Assembly: GCA_965261345.1 (NCBI GenBank)
Contig: OZ253449.1
Coordinates: 544,001-608,000 of the forward strand
DNA from: Chloroflexota bacterium
GTDB taxonomy: Bacteria; Chloroflexota; UBA11872; VXNJ01
Direction: 5' to 3'
Length of the DNA: 64,000 nt
Position numbers and translations under genes: made by a program
Notes under the pieces: model-generated
The model's database searches: none
Seen by the model: the letters and a program-made list of their open reading frames with translations, nothing else
Told to the model about the DNA's origin: nothing
Part shown: one piece after another, positions 55,367-64,000 of the stretch
Layout: each line of letters starts with the position of its first letter
Numbering within the stretch: position 1 is the stretch's first letter

Positions 55367-56122
55367 ATGCAGATTGCCGGATGCACCTGGGGCTTGTCAT
55401 GCAGCCAGGTCGAGGCCGCCGACGCATTCGGGGCCGCAGGTCTAGATTCAATTGACGTTGACCCTGGATTTGGCCGGCAATCTGGCTGGCAAACAAAGCG
55501 GCCGGTCAGCTGCCTGGCCGCCGGCCACCTGCTTCCCGGCAACTTCCGGCCCGACGATGAAGACTTAGCCGATCGCGTCCGGGCCTGCGACCACATCGTT
55601 GCCGCCTTTTCCGAAGCGGCCCGGCTTGGAGCCGAGGTCGTCTATGTGGGTGCGCCCAATGCCGGCGACGGTCCGATGCAGCGATTCGCCGACGTGGTCG
55701 CCGGGCTGGCGGGTAAGGCCAGCGAATTCGGGCTTGTTTTTGCGGTAGAACCCTCGCCGCCGCGCGGGTTGCGAACGATTGCCGAGTCGGTCCAATTCAT
55801 CGAGACCACCGGACTGAAGAATTTTCATGTGCTGCTCGACTTTGCCCATTGCCTGCTGGTAAAGGAGGACCCGGTCGCGGCGATCGATCTCTGCGGGAGC
55901 CGCCTGGCGTATGTTCATTTCAATGACACCGACGGAGTAAACGACAACCATCTTGGACTTACCGACGGCATCTTTGACCGCGGACTCGTCACTGAGATCA
56001 TCGCCGAGTTAAGGCGCGTCAACTACCGGCGTCCGCTGGCGATCGAGAGCAGCCCGACGCTGCCCGACCCATTTGGCAGCGCCCTTACCACGCTACGGGT
56101 GCTGCGCGAATGCGGCGCCTAG
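55367..56122 (+). CDS. Sugar phosphate isomerase/epimerase TIM barrel
   Basis: FAVEP, LLDFAH, YVHFND, H.GL..G, AIE. Confidence 0.85.
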   Translation: MQIAGCTWGLSCSQVEAADAFGAAGLDSIDVDPGFGRQSGWQTKRPVSCLAAGHLLPGNFRPDDEDLADRVRACDHIVAAFSEAARLGAEVVYVGAPNAGDGPMQRFADVVAGLAGKASEFGLVFAVEPSPPRGLRTIAESVQFIETTGLKNFHVLLDFAHCLLVKEDPVAAIDLCGSRLAYVHFNDTDGVNDNHLGLTDGIFDRGLVTEIIAELRRVNYRRPLAIESSPTLPDPFGSALTTLRVLRECGA

Positions 56123-56138
56123 ACCGCCAACCGGCTAC

Positions 56139-57218
56139 CTAACCCAGATCGGCCAGTTGCGGGAGTACCTCGGTGGCCAGCAACTCGACCGAACGGCGCC
56201 ATTCCGGTTGCGGGCGCCATTCGTGCACCATCATTAGCAGCACCCCGAACCCGCCGACCTGCTCATAGAGCGTACGCAACTTCGCCGCCACCTCGTCCGG
56301 ATCGCCGACGATCCAGATGTTGTCGGCCATGTATTCCAGGGTGACGTCGCTGTCGGCCATTTCCGGATTCGTCTTGACCAGGTCGAAATAACCGACTTTG
56401 GGCAGCAGTTTGAAGAAATAGTCCTTAAAGTCACGCCCCAGGGTTCCTTCGATCGCCCCGCGCCGGGCTTCCTGTGAGGTATCGGCCACGAAGATGTTGC
56501 GGGAGATCCGCCAATCTGAGCGATCGGCCGACCTGCCCGCGGCGACGGCGCCGTCTTCAACCGCCTCCCAGTGGGTAACCAGGTGGTGGGTCGGGACAAC
56601 GTTTATGCTCATCGGTATCCATCCGCGCAACCCGGCCACCCGCAGCGTTCCCGAGCGCTCGGAAACGCCGGCCAACCCGATCGGTGGGTGCGGTAGCTGG
56701 TAGGGCCGCACATGCACCGAAAGCCCTATGTCGGCCTGCGGCTCGGGAACCTTGAATTTGAACTGGTCCGAGCCGTAGGAACCGGGTTCGGCAGCTCCCC
56801 AAAGCGCCAGGATCGCCTCTAAGTTTTCGCGCATAATCCTGGGCGCCGCACCCGGCTCATCGTAGCCAAAAACCTCAAAGTCGCCCGGAAATCCGCCGGA
56901 CCCAATTCCCCACATAAACCTCCCCTTGGCCATGTGGTCGAGCTGGGCGATCCGGTGGGCGAGCATGAAGGGGTTGTGATTGGGGAGGCAGGATACGCCG
57001 GTTCCGAGCTTCATGCTCTTGGTCATCGCCAAGGCCTGGGCGATCACCAGGTCGGGAGCCGGAATGTTCTCCCACTCCGATGTGAAATGTTCGCCTAACC
57101 AGTACTCGTCAAACCCGAGTTGGTCGCAATATACGATCGTGTCGAGGTCGTCTTCCAGAGTCTGGGTGTAGTTGTACCCCGGGGGGTGCAGCGGCATGTT
57201 GAAAGCGCCGAGCTTCAT
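56139..57218 (-). CDS. LLM-class flavin-dependent monooxygenase
   Basis: MKLG.F.MPLHPP, GFDEYWLGEH, KLGTGV..LP.HNP, LDH...GR, PYQ.PHPP. Confidence 0.92.
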   Translation of the reverse strand: MKLGAFNMPLHPPGYNYTQTLEDDLDTIVYCDQLGFDEYWLGEHFTSEWENIPAPDLVIAQALAMTKSMKLGTGVSCLPNHNPFMLAHRIAQLDHMAKGRFMWGIGSGGFPGDFEVFGYDEPGAAPRIMRENLEAILALWGAAEPGSYGSDQFKFKVPEPQADIGLSVHVRPYQLPHPPIGLAGVSERSGTLRVAGLRGWIPMSINVVPTHHLVTHWEAVEDGAVAAGRSADRSDWRISRNIFVADTSQEARRGAIEGTLGRDFKDYFFKLLPKVGYFDLVKTNPEMADSDVTLEYMADNIWIVGDPDEVAAKLRTLYEQVGGFGVLLMMVHEWRPQPEWRRSVELLATEVLPQLADLG

Positions 57219-57318
57219 ATATCTGTTACCGAGGCCTCAGGTCGAACCGCAAACGGCTGGCTCATGTATCCGAAATTCTAGGGGTGGCAACTTCCGGCGG
57301 GGCCTTATCGGTGGAATC

Positions 57319-58437
57319 TCAGGCAATCTTGTAACGCTTGACCGCCGCTTCGTTTAGTACAAACCCGAGGCCGGGCCGCGTTGGCGCGTCGATCATTCCG
57401 TCGGAACCGACCGTCGGCCAGTTGTGGACCAATTCGGTGCGCATCGGGTTGGGATTTTGATCCATCTCGAAACCGTACGGGGTGGCGGCTGCGCACAGCA
57501 GATTGAGGTTGCCATAGCCGGAAACCGCTCCGCCGTAGTTGTGCGGGGCAACCGCCAGGTGGCAGGACGACGCATAGGTTGAGATCCGGTGCGATTCGGT
57601 TATCCCTCCGGCCCAGGCAACGTCCGGTTGAGCGATGTCGATGCAGCCGCTGTCAATTAGGGTTTTAAAACCCGGTAGGGAGGTCTCCGTTTCATAGCCG
57701 GCGACCGGCATTGATATGTGGGCCCGCACGAACGCCGCACCGGCCGTATCCTCAGTCCAGGTCGGCTCCTCAAACCAGGCAATGTCCTGGTCTTCGACCG
57801 CTCGGGCAAAGCGAATCGCCTGGTGCGGGGTCATCTGATTGTTGGCGTCGATCATCAGATCAGCCTCCGGTCCGAGGCTCGCTCGGGCGACCCGCACCCG
57901 GGCCACGTCCTCGGCCAGGCTCAGCCGCCCGACCTTCATCTTGGCGGCGCGGTAGCCGCGGGATGCAATCCTTGCCATTTCAGAACCCAGTCCGGGCAGG
58001 TCCTTGCCGGGTTCGTAAAACCCACCGCTTCCGTAGGCGGTCACCCTCGGCGACCTCGAGCCCAGCAGTTTGTGGACTGGTAGCCCGGACGTTTTGCCCA
58101 GGATGTCCCAAAGCGCCAGGTCGATTCCGGCAATCGCCGACTGCATTACCCCGCGGCGACCGGATTGGATGGTCTGCTTGTACATGCGGTCATAGAGTTG
58201 GGCCACAAAGCTTGGATCGGACCCCACAACCAACGGGGCCAATCGGGTTTCCAGCAGGGCCTTGACCGCGAACGCGGTTCCGCCGAAGGTCCCAGCCTCA
58301 CCGATCCCTTCGATGCCGTCGGAGGTTCGTACCCGGACCAGGCAGCAGCCCCGGGATGTGATCGCCACCTGGGCATCGCTGATCGGCGAATCCATATCGT
58401 GGTGGAGCAATTCCACGCAAACTTGCTCAATTACCAT
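57319..58437 (-). CDS. Mandelate racemase/muconate lactonizing enzyme family protein
   Basis: G.EG.GE, IDLALWDI.GK, KMKVG, DAN, EEP, QPD, PH; GGAGG RBS before ATG 58437. Confidence 0.93.
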   Translation of the reverse strand: MVIEQVCVELLHHDMDSPISDAQVAITSRGCCLVRVRTSDGIEGIGEAGTFGGTAFAVKALLETRLAPLVVGSDPSFVAQLYDRMYKQTIQSGRRGVMQSAIAGIDLALWDILGKTSGLPVHKLLGSRSPRVTAYGSGGFYEPGKDLPGLGSEMARIASRGYRAAKMKVGRLSLAEDVARVRVARASLGPEADLMIDANNQMTPHQAIRFARAVEDQDIAWFEEPTWTEDTAGAAFVRAHISMPVAGYETETSLPGFKTLIDSGCIDIAQPDVAWAGGITESHRISTYASSCHLAVAPHNYGGAVSGYGNLNLLCAAATPYGFEMDQNPNPMRTELVHNWPTVGSDGMIDAPTRPGLGFVLNEAAVKRYKIA

Positions 58438-58801
58438 GGCGTCCTCCAGCCCTGTCGGTGGGGCGGGCAAGCTGAAAATTGATCGATTCAATTCGCATGG
58501 AACTATCCTCGCGGCGCAGCCGGGCTAGCACCGCCGCTTCGTTCATGGCCGTAAATTGCAGGACAGTGGTGTTGGGTACCAGAACCAGGGCCTGCCCACC
58601 AATGATTGAGATCGGAATGCAATCAGCAGCGTAGGGTCCGCAGACCTGGGCGAGTACGCTGCCAAATCGGGCCAGCCGGTCGGCCCGCGCCAGCCCCGCG
58701 CGATAGGGCGGTTCGGCCAAAAGATCGCCTAGGACCGCCCCCAAATTGCGGGTATCGGCCAACGGGTCAAGTTCGGCTTCGTGCTCAGACGGGTCGCGCA
58801 T
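58427..58801 (-). CDS. DUF721/DciA family protein
   Basis: Directly downstream of recF; size and pattern (VCG...A..C.P..I..G..LV.V) fit DUF721. Confidence 0.65.
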   Translation of the reverse strand: MRDPSEHEAELDPLADTRNLGAVLGDLLAEPPYRAGLARADRLARFGSVLAQVCGPYAADCIPISIIGGQALVLVPNTTVLQFTAMNEAAVLARLRREDSSMRIESINFQLARPTDRAGGRHGN

Positions 58802-59918
58802 TGCCGTCTGAAACCTCGTAATACTTGCAGCGGTCTGTCAGGTCGGGGGGAACTTGGGCGGGATCGGCCGAGGCCAGGAAAAGCTGGGCGTCCACCGGCA
58901 ATTGCCGACTTAGCAGCAATCGATGTTCGGGGTCAAGTTCGGAAAAAATGTCATCTAACGCCAGCACCGGAGTGGCTCCCAATTTTTCAGCTAGCCAACG
59001 CAGCAGTCCTAGTTTTATGCACAGCACGGCCAGGCGTTGTTGTCCACGAGAGCCGTAACTACTGGCCGGGTGGCCGCCAAGCCTAATCTGAAAATCGTCG
59101 CGGTGGGGGCCGGCCAAGGTGGCTCCAACCGCCAATTCGCGCTGGCGCATATGGCGAAAGGCCACGGCCAGCGCACCCGGTTCTGAGCCGCTGACCGCCG
59201 GTCGATAAATCATCGCCAGTTCCCCGGGACCGCGGGCTAGATCGGAATAGAGTTCGTGGGCATGGTTGCCAACCTGGGTTAGCCACGATTCGCGCGCGGC
59301 AATTAATTTCTCTCCGTGCGCGACCAGCAACCCATCCCAGTAATCGAGCTGTCCGACGTCAGCGCCAGGTTTGAGCGCCAATTCGCGAAGCAGGGCGTTG
59401 CGCTGGCGCCGGGCGCGTTCGTAGTCGGCCAGGTCAGCAACGTATTCGGGTTCGGCCTGGCCAATCGCCCAATTGGCAAATCGGCGCCGGGTGGCCGGCT
59501 GCCCGCTTACCAGTTCGATATCACGAGGATCGAACTGCACCAGCGGCAGCCGCCCAAGCAAATCGCGTCGGGGCCGAATCTGGCCCTCGATCCAAGCTCG
59601 CCGCGACACCCGCCCCGACCCCAGCGGGGCAATTACCATCTCCAACACGGCGGGACGCCGCTGCGGCGCCGCTATCCGCCCACGCACCCTGGCAAACCCG
59701 GCGCGCTCGGCTTGATCGTCGACCCGGATCAGCTCCAGGCCGCCGGACGGATTGATCCCACGGCCGGCCGAGAGCAACTGGATAGCCTCGAGCAGGTTCG
59801 ACTTGCCAGAACCGTTCGGTCCCACCAACAGACAGCCGCCCGCTGGTGGGGTGATTTCCAGGTGGTGGTAATTGCGAAACCCGTCCAGCTCGAGCAGTTC
59901 ACAGCCGAAAGCGCCCAC
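58785..59918 (-). CDS. recF: DNA replication/repair protein RecF
   Basis: FRNY, GPNGSGKSNLLEAI, RQRN.LL, GPHRDD, GSRGQQR, LDDIFSELD. Confidence 0.96.
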   Translation of the reverse strand: MGAFGCELLELDGFRNYHHLEITPPAGGCLLVGPNGSGKSNLLEAIQLLSAGRGINPSGGLELIRVDDQAERAGFARVRGRIAAPQRRPAVLEMVIAPLGSGRVSRRAWIEGQIRPRRDLLGRLPLVQFDPRDIELVSGQPATRRRFANWAIGQAEPEYVADLADYERARRQRNALLRELALKPGADVGQLDYWDGLLVAHGEKLIAARESWLTQVGNHAHELYSDLARGPGELAMIYRPAVSGSEPGALAVAFRHMRQRELAVGATLAGPHRDDFQIRLGGHPASSYGSRGQQRLAVLCIKLGLLRWLAEKLGATPVLALDDIFSELDPEHRLLLSRQLPVDAQLFLASADPAQVPPDLTDRCKYYEVSDGNARPV

Positions 59919-60164
59919 CTAACGGTTACCGCGCCAAAACCAGTGCGCAACCTGCAGGATCAGGAGGCACAGCAGCAGCACCCCGCCAATGCCGAAAAGG
60001 GCCAGCAGGGTCCAAGAAATCTGCGAAAAATAAAAGATCAGCAACCCCAGATAGATCGCGGCGGCGGCGGCCAGCGCCAACAGGGCAAATTTGATCCGCC
60101 GGGCCAGCGCCTGCGCGCTAGCTGGTCCCAACAAGAATTCAGCCGACCGCGGCAAGATCGGCAA
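59919..60164 (-). CDS. Small membrane protein with two TM helices
   Basis: Two hydrophobic helices; abuts recF. Confidence 0.6.
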   Translation of the reverse strand: MPILPRSAEFLLGPASAQALARRIKFALLALAAAAAIYLGLLIFYFSQISWTLLALFGIGGVLLLCLLILQVAHWFWRGNR

Positions 60165-61308
60165 TGACCTGCGCTGGATCGGCTAACGGATTGATGGCAA
60201 TCCGGCCGAGTTGGTAGAGATCTTCAGGGTAGTGGGTCCGCACCGCGCGAGTGGTTACTGCCGAATCGTAACCCGACGCCCGCACCAGTTCGATCGCCGC
60301 CGGGCTGTATTGCCCGAACGGGTAGGCAAAATGGTCGCCCCCGCCAATTGGCAGCAGGGCGGCGCGAGAGAGAACCGTCTCGGCTTCGGCGGCTCCCCGA
60401 TCAAATGGCAGGATCGTGTCGATCGGTGCGTGGTTTAGGCTGTGCGACTGGACCGAAAAACCCCAGCGGCGGAGCAGCTCAAATTCGCTAGGTCGCAGGT
60501 GGCCAGGCTCCAGTTCGTCGAAGCCGGGCAATACGAAGAAAGTGGCCGGCGCCCGCATGGCGAGCAATACCGGTGCGGCCCGCTCAAATTGCGAACGGCG
60601 GCCGTCGTCAAAGGTAATCACGACCGGATTCTCCGGCAGATCGCTCCGCCCGCGCAAGGCGCGCACCAAACGCTCGTAGGGGGTAAAAGAAAATCCCGCG
60701 GCCAGGAGACCCTCAAGCTGGGCGGCAAATGCCTCCTGGTCGGCGATTTCGTGATAGTAGATGATTGGCGCATCGATTCCATTCTGCGGGTCCAACGGCG
60801 GCTTCGGCGACGGAAGGTAGTCGATCGCCATCCGCCGGGAACCCTCAAGCGCGACGAACGCCCTGCCCAGTTCGTCGGCACTTACCTGGCCGGCCGAATC
60901 GACGCGCAACAGGGCCTTGGCAAACAACTGGCTGCGCTTCCCTTGCGCCACGAACCACGGTCCCAACGGTGGTCCGAACCGCGCCCTTGCCCCGGACAGG
61001 GTCCAAAATTCGATCAGCGCCGGATCGATTCCGGCCAAGCCATCGCCGACCAGCTCGCCCGCATCCCACCCGGCCGCTTCTGCCGGAATCACCCCGGCGG
61101 CCAGCAGCATCGAACCCAGGTCGGAAATCCGGATCTGCCCGAAGGGCGCCGCCGCTCCGGCGCTTTCATATTCGATCCTCCCACCGCCAAAACACTGCGT
61201 CAGGGCGCTGCCTTGGTACACCGGCGGCGCAATCGCTTCTCCAAGATCAAACCGGAGTTGCGAAAGGTACATGACGAATTCGGCGGCAATCGGCGGCGGA
61301 ATGGCCAT
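60139..61308 (-). CDS. Polysaccharide deacetylase (CE4) with two N-terminal Chloroflexi-like repeats
   Basis: PIIYYH, ITFDDG, HSLNH, FAYPFG; two repeats of the form G.P/A......Q.F....L/I...LG. Confidence 0.85.
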   Translation of the reverse strand: MAIPPPIAAEFVMYLSQLRFDLGEAIAPPVYQGSALTQCFGGGRIEYESAGAAAPFGQIRISDLGSMLLAAGVIPAEAAGWDAGELVGDGLAGIDPALIEFWTLSGARARFGPPLGPWFVAQGKRSQLFAKALLRVDSAGQVSADELGRAFVALEGSRRMAIDYLPSPKPPLDPQNGIDAPIIYYHEIADQEAFAAQLEGLLAAGFSFTPYERLVRALRGRSDLPENPVVITFDDGRRSQFERAAPVLLAMRAPATFFVLPGFDELEPGHLRPSEFELLRRWGFSVQSHSLNHAPIDTILPFDRGAAEAETVLSRAALLPIGGGDHFAYPFGQYSPAAIELVRASGYDSAVTTRAVRTHYPEDLYQLGRIAINPLADPAQVIADLAAVG

Positions 61309-61335
61309 TGAGCGGTTCGGGAGTAAATCCTCGGT

Positions 61336-61575
61336 CTACTGGACCACGTCGCCCTCAACCGGGTCGACGGTCACGCCCCTGGTCAACATCCAAGCGATTC
61401 CGGCATCGATATCATCCTCATCGCCCTCAAGCGAGAGGATTAACCAGCCCACATTTTCACGCACGTCGGCACGCCGAATGTTAGATACCAGGTTGAAATC
61501 GCGACTTACCAGGTAGACGATCGGTTCGGTGATCAGGTCTTGCGGAAAGGTCAGTTTCAGGCGCACGCTTGCCAT
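61336..61575 (-). CDS. NIL domain protein
   Basis: LTFP.....EPIVY....DFNL..NIRRADV....GW..L.LEG. Confidence 0.85.
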   Translation of the reverse strand: MASVRLKLTFPQDLITEPIVYLVSRDFNLVSNIRRADVRENVGWLILSLEGDEDDIDAGIAWMLTRGVTVDPVEGDVVQ

Positions 61576-61727
61576 CGTTTATGGATCCATCTCAATATCC
61601 GCGGGCGCCAGGCGCCGGATTGTTTCGTACATATCAATTGTGGTTTGTCGCGACCAGCCCATATACCGATCCGCCCCAGCGGGTTCTCCCTAGAATGCCG
61701 GCAGCGCCACACCAACTGGGAGCAGCA

Positions 61728-63122
61728 ATGGCTACGACTAGGCCTAACATCCTTTGGTATTGCACCGACCAACAGCGATTCGACACAATCGCCGCCCTGG
61801 GCAACCCGCATGTCCACACCGCGACCGTCGATGGGCTGGTGGACCGGGGGGTCAGTTTTACCCGGACCTACTGTCAGAGCCCAATCTGCACCCCGAGCCG
61901 CGCCAGTTTCCTTACCGGGCAATTGCCCTCGACCGTGCGCGCCAACGGCAACGGCATCGAATATATGCCGCAGGACTACCCGCTGGTTACTCAGATGCTG
62001 GCCGACTCCGGATATGACTGCGGTCTGGTCGGCAAGTTGCACCTGGCAACCGCCGGCGGACAAGTCGAGCCGCGCGGGGCCGATGGGTATCGATTCTTTG
62101 CCTATTCGCACGCGCCACGCGACGACTGGGCCGAGGGCCATGATTATGTCGAGTGGTTACGCGAGCGCGGCCAGGACCTGACCAGCATGCTCAATTCCCC
62201 CGACAACGTCCCGGCCGAATATCAGCAGGCAACATGGGCCACCGACGCTTGTATCGAGTTCGTTGACCAGGCCCGCAATGGGCCGTGGTTGCTTAGCGTC
62301 AATCCCTACTATCCGCACCCTCCATTCAACCCGCCGCGCGAGTACTTTGAACGGTTCGACCGTGATACGCTCCCGGGCCCGATATTTGAGGAAAGCGATC
62401 TTGCCATCCAGCGCCGAATCGCCGACGCCGGAGTGGATTTTCAAAACTACCCTGAACACCCCGATAGTTTTGACGCCCGAACCGTGCAGGCCAAGTACTA
62501 CGCGATGATCGAGCTGGTCGACGACCAGCTCGGCCGCCTGCTAAATCACCTGCGGGCCTGTGGTCAATTGGATAACACGATCGTCATTTTCACCTCAGAT
62601 CACGGCGAATCGCTTGGCGATCACGGGCTGGTCGAAAAGGGCTGCCGTTTCATGGAGGGGATGGCGCGGGTCCCGCTGGTAGTGTCCTGGCCGGGTCATT
62701 TCCAGGAGGGCGGGCGGTCCGACGGGCTGGTGCAACTGACCGACATCGCCCCTACCCTGCTGGAAATTGCGGGCCTTGCGATCCCTGAACGAATGAACGG
62801 CCGCTCACTCCTGCCAATCCTTTCCGGCCGCGCCGTTGGGGACAACTTCCGCGAATTCGTGCGCTGTGAATACCGCGATGCGGTAAAGCTGACCGATAAG
62901 ACCCACGCGTCGATGATTGCCGACAAGAATTGGAAGCTGGTGCTCTATCACGGCAAGCAAGGGATGGGCGAGCTCTACGACCTGGCGAGCGACCCCGGTG
63001 AACACCGCAACCGCTACTACGAGCCCGAGTTGGCCGGGCTGGTGCAAGATTACATGATCAAAATGTTCGATTCCACGGTTTTTGAGACCGATTGGGGGCC
63101 GCGTCGGGTCAGTTGGATCTGA
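61728..63122 (+). CDS. Sulfatase (paralogue of 36209-37687)
   Basis: RPNILWYCTDQQRFDTI, CTPSR, GKLH, TSDHGE; GGGAG RBS before ATG 61728. Confidence 0.93.
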   Translation: MATTRPNILWYCTDQQRFDTIAALGNPHVHTATVDGLVDRGVSFTRTYCQSPICTPSRASFLTGQLPSTVRANGNGIEYMPQDYPLVTQMLADSGYDCGLVGKLHLATAGGQVEPRGADGYRFFAYSHAPRDDWAEGHDYVEWLRERGQDLTSMLNSPDNVPAEYQQATWATDACIEFVDQARNGPWLLSVNPYYPHPPFNPPREYFERFDRDTLPGPIFEESDLAIQRRIADAGVDFQNYPEHPDSFDARTVQAKYYAMIELVDDQLGRLLNHLRACGQLDNTIVIFTSDHGESLGDHGLVEKGCRFMEGMARVPLVVSWPGHFQEGGRSDGLVQLTDIAPTLLEIAGLAIPERMNGRSLLPILSGRAVGDNFREFVRCEYRDAVKLTDKTHASMIADKNWKLVLYHGKQGMGELYDLASDPGEHRNRYYEPELAGLVQDYMIKMFDSTVFETDWGPRRVSWI

Positions 63123-63193
63123 TCGGATTCGGTCGCCTTAGATTTCTTCATGAAGCTAAACGCAACAAACAACTAATTAGGGAGCGCCGGCGG

Positions 63194-64000
63194 GTGGAAT
63201 ATCCAAAAATGCTGCGGATGCGGCAACAGCTATCTTCCGATCACATCACCGATCTGGAAAGTCATTTGCGCGGCCGCCTGCAGGCGGCCCTAGCCAAGTC
63301 GCAGCCAGTGGCCGGCGGTACGGTTGCAATCGGGGTCGGCAGTCGCGGGGTTACTCCCATCGTCACCGTGGTTAGGACCCTGGTTGAGGGGCTGAAGGCG
63401 GCCGGGCTGAGGCCGTTCGTGATTCCGGCTATGGGCAGCCACGGCGGTGGAACCGCCGAGGGACAGGCATCGGTATTGGACGAATACGGCATTACCGAAG
63501 ACAATGTCGGGGCCAAGGTCCGGGCCACCATGGAAACCGTGCTGATCGGGAAAACCGAGGACGGCGTCGAGGTGCACATGGACGCCAACGCCCACGCGGC
63601 CGACCACGTCATTCCGGTCGGGCGGGTAAAGCTGCACACCGGCATGACCGGGCCGATTCAAAGCGGACTTTGCAAGATCATGGCCATCGGGCTGGGCAAG
63701 CGTTACGGGGCCGAGCGCCTGCACGAGGCCGGCGTCACCACGCAGGTTCCCAAAGCGGCGCAGGTAATGCTCGACAGCGGAAAGATCCTCTGCGGGGTCG
63801 GATTGGTCGAAAACCCGTTTGACCAGACGGCGCACGCCGAGATTCCGATACCTGTTGACTACATCCAAACCGACCGCGATCTGCTGGCCAAGTCGGTTGC
63901 AATATTTCCCAGTCTGCCGACCGACTACTCGCACCTTTTAGTCGTCGACGAATTGGGCAAGGACATCTCCGGTTCCGGGATGGACTCCAACATAATCGGC
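63194..64000 (+). CDS. LarA/DUF2088-like protein, paralogue of 33129-34382, runs off the window end
   Basis: Manual translation from GTG 63194: MEYPKMLRMRQ...GVGSRG...PAMGSHGGGTAEGQ...RVKLHT...SGLCKIMAIGLGK...GKDISGSGMDSN. Confidence 0.82.
   Translation, partial: MEYPKMLRMRQQLSSDHITDLESHLRGRLQAALAKSQPVAGGTVAIGVGSRGVTPIVTVVRTLVEGLKAAGLRPFVIPAMGSHGGGTAEGQASVLDEYGITEDNVGAKVRATMETVLIGKTEDGVEVHMDANAHAADHVIPVGRVKLHTGMTGPIQSGLCKIMAIGLGKRYGAERLHEAGVTTQVPKAAQVMLDSGKILCGVGLVENPFDQTAHAEIPIPVDYIQTDRDLLAKSVAIFPSLPTDYSHLLVVDELGKDISGSGMDSNIIG

Noticed and set aside
58427-59918. recF located away from dnaA/dnaN as a sign of an origin or rearrangement
   Set aside because: A separated recF-DUF721 pair is common outside Proteobacteria and Firmicutes; no DnaA-box cluster seen.
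1-64000. CRISPR arrays, prophage, rRNA, and the many overlapping 60-290 aa ORFs
   Set aside because: No regularly spaced repeats, phage genes or rRNA motifs seen; the overlapping Arg/Pro/Ala-rich ORFs are alternative-frame artefacts of high GC content.

Overview
This is a high-GC bacterial chromosomal window, most likely from Chloroflexota (inferred from the ArgC 'INATSY' Rossmann variant, Chloroflexi-like repeats on a deacetylase, and many sulfatase, enolase and LLM paralogues). Housekeeping genes include a divergent arg cluster (argB, argJ, argC / argD, argG, argH), metE, an archaeal-type ATP-dependent DNA ligase, pcrA, argA, hpt, secG, aspA, cfa with a desaturase, ferritin, thrC, smpB, otsB, recF and tRNA-Gly(TCC). 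Catabolic genes include four sulfatases, two LarA/DUF2088-like proteins, sugar isomerases, an LLM monooxygenase and an enolase-family enzyme. Five things stand out. (1) A complete IS256-family element (53557-55308, 8-bp target duplication) has a transposase split at a prfB-like CTT-TGA +1 frameshift site and about 400 nt of structured non-coding DNA with a perfect 34-bp palindrome. (2) Three MalF-type ABC permease paralogues sit in tandem next to the tRNA with no partner genes; they vary in their outer loops and show patchwork gene-conversion-like tracts. (3) The DNA ligase has a tandemly duplicated OB domain. (4) Two genes appear to lack a canonical start codon. (5) There are predicted pseudo-enzymes and a candidate structured RNA after secG. 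All calls come from motif recognition by eye; no database searches were run.
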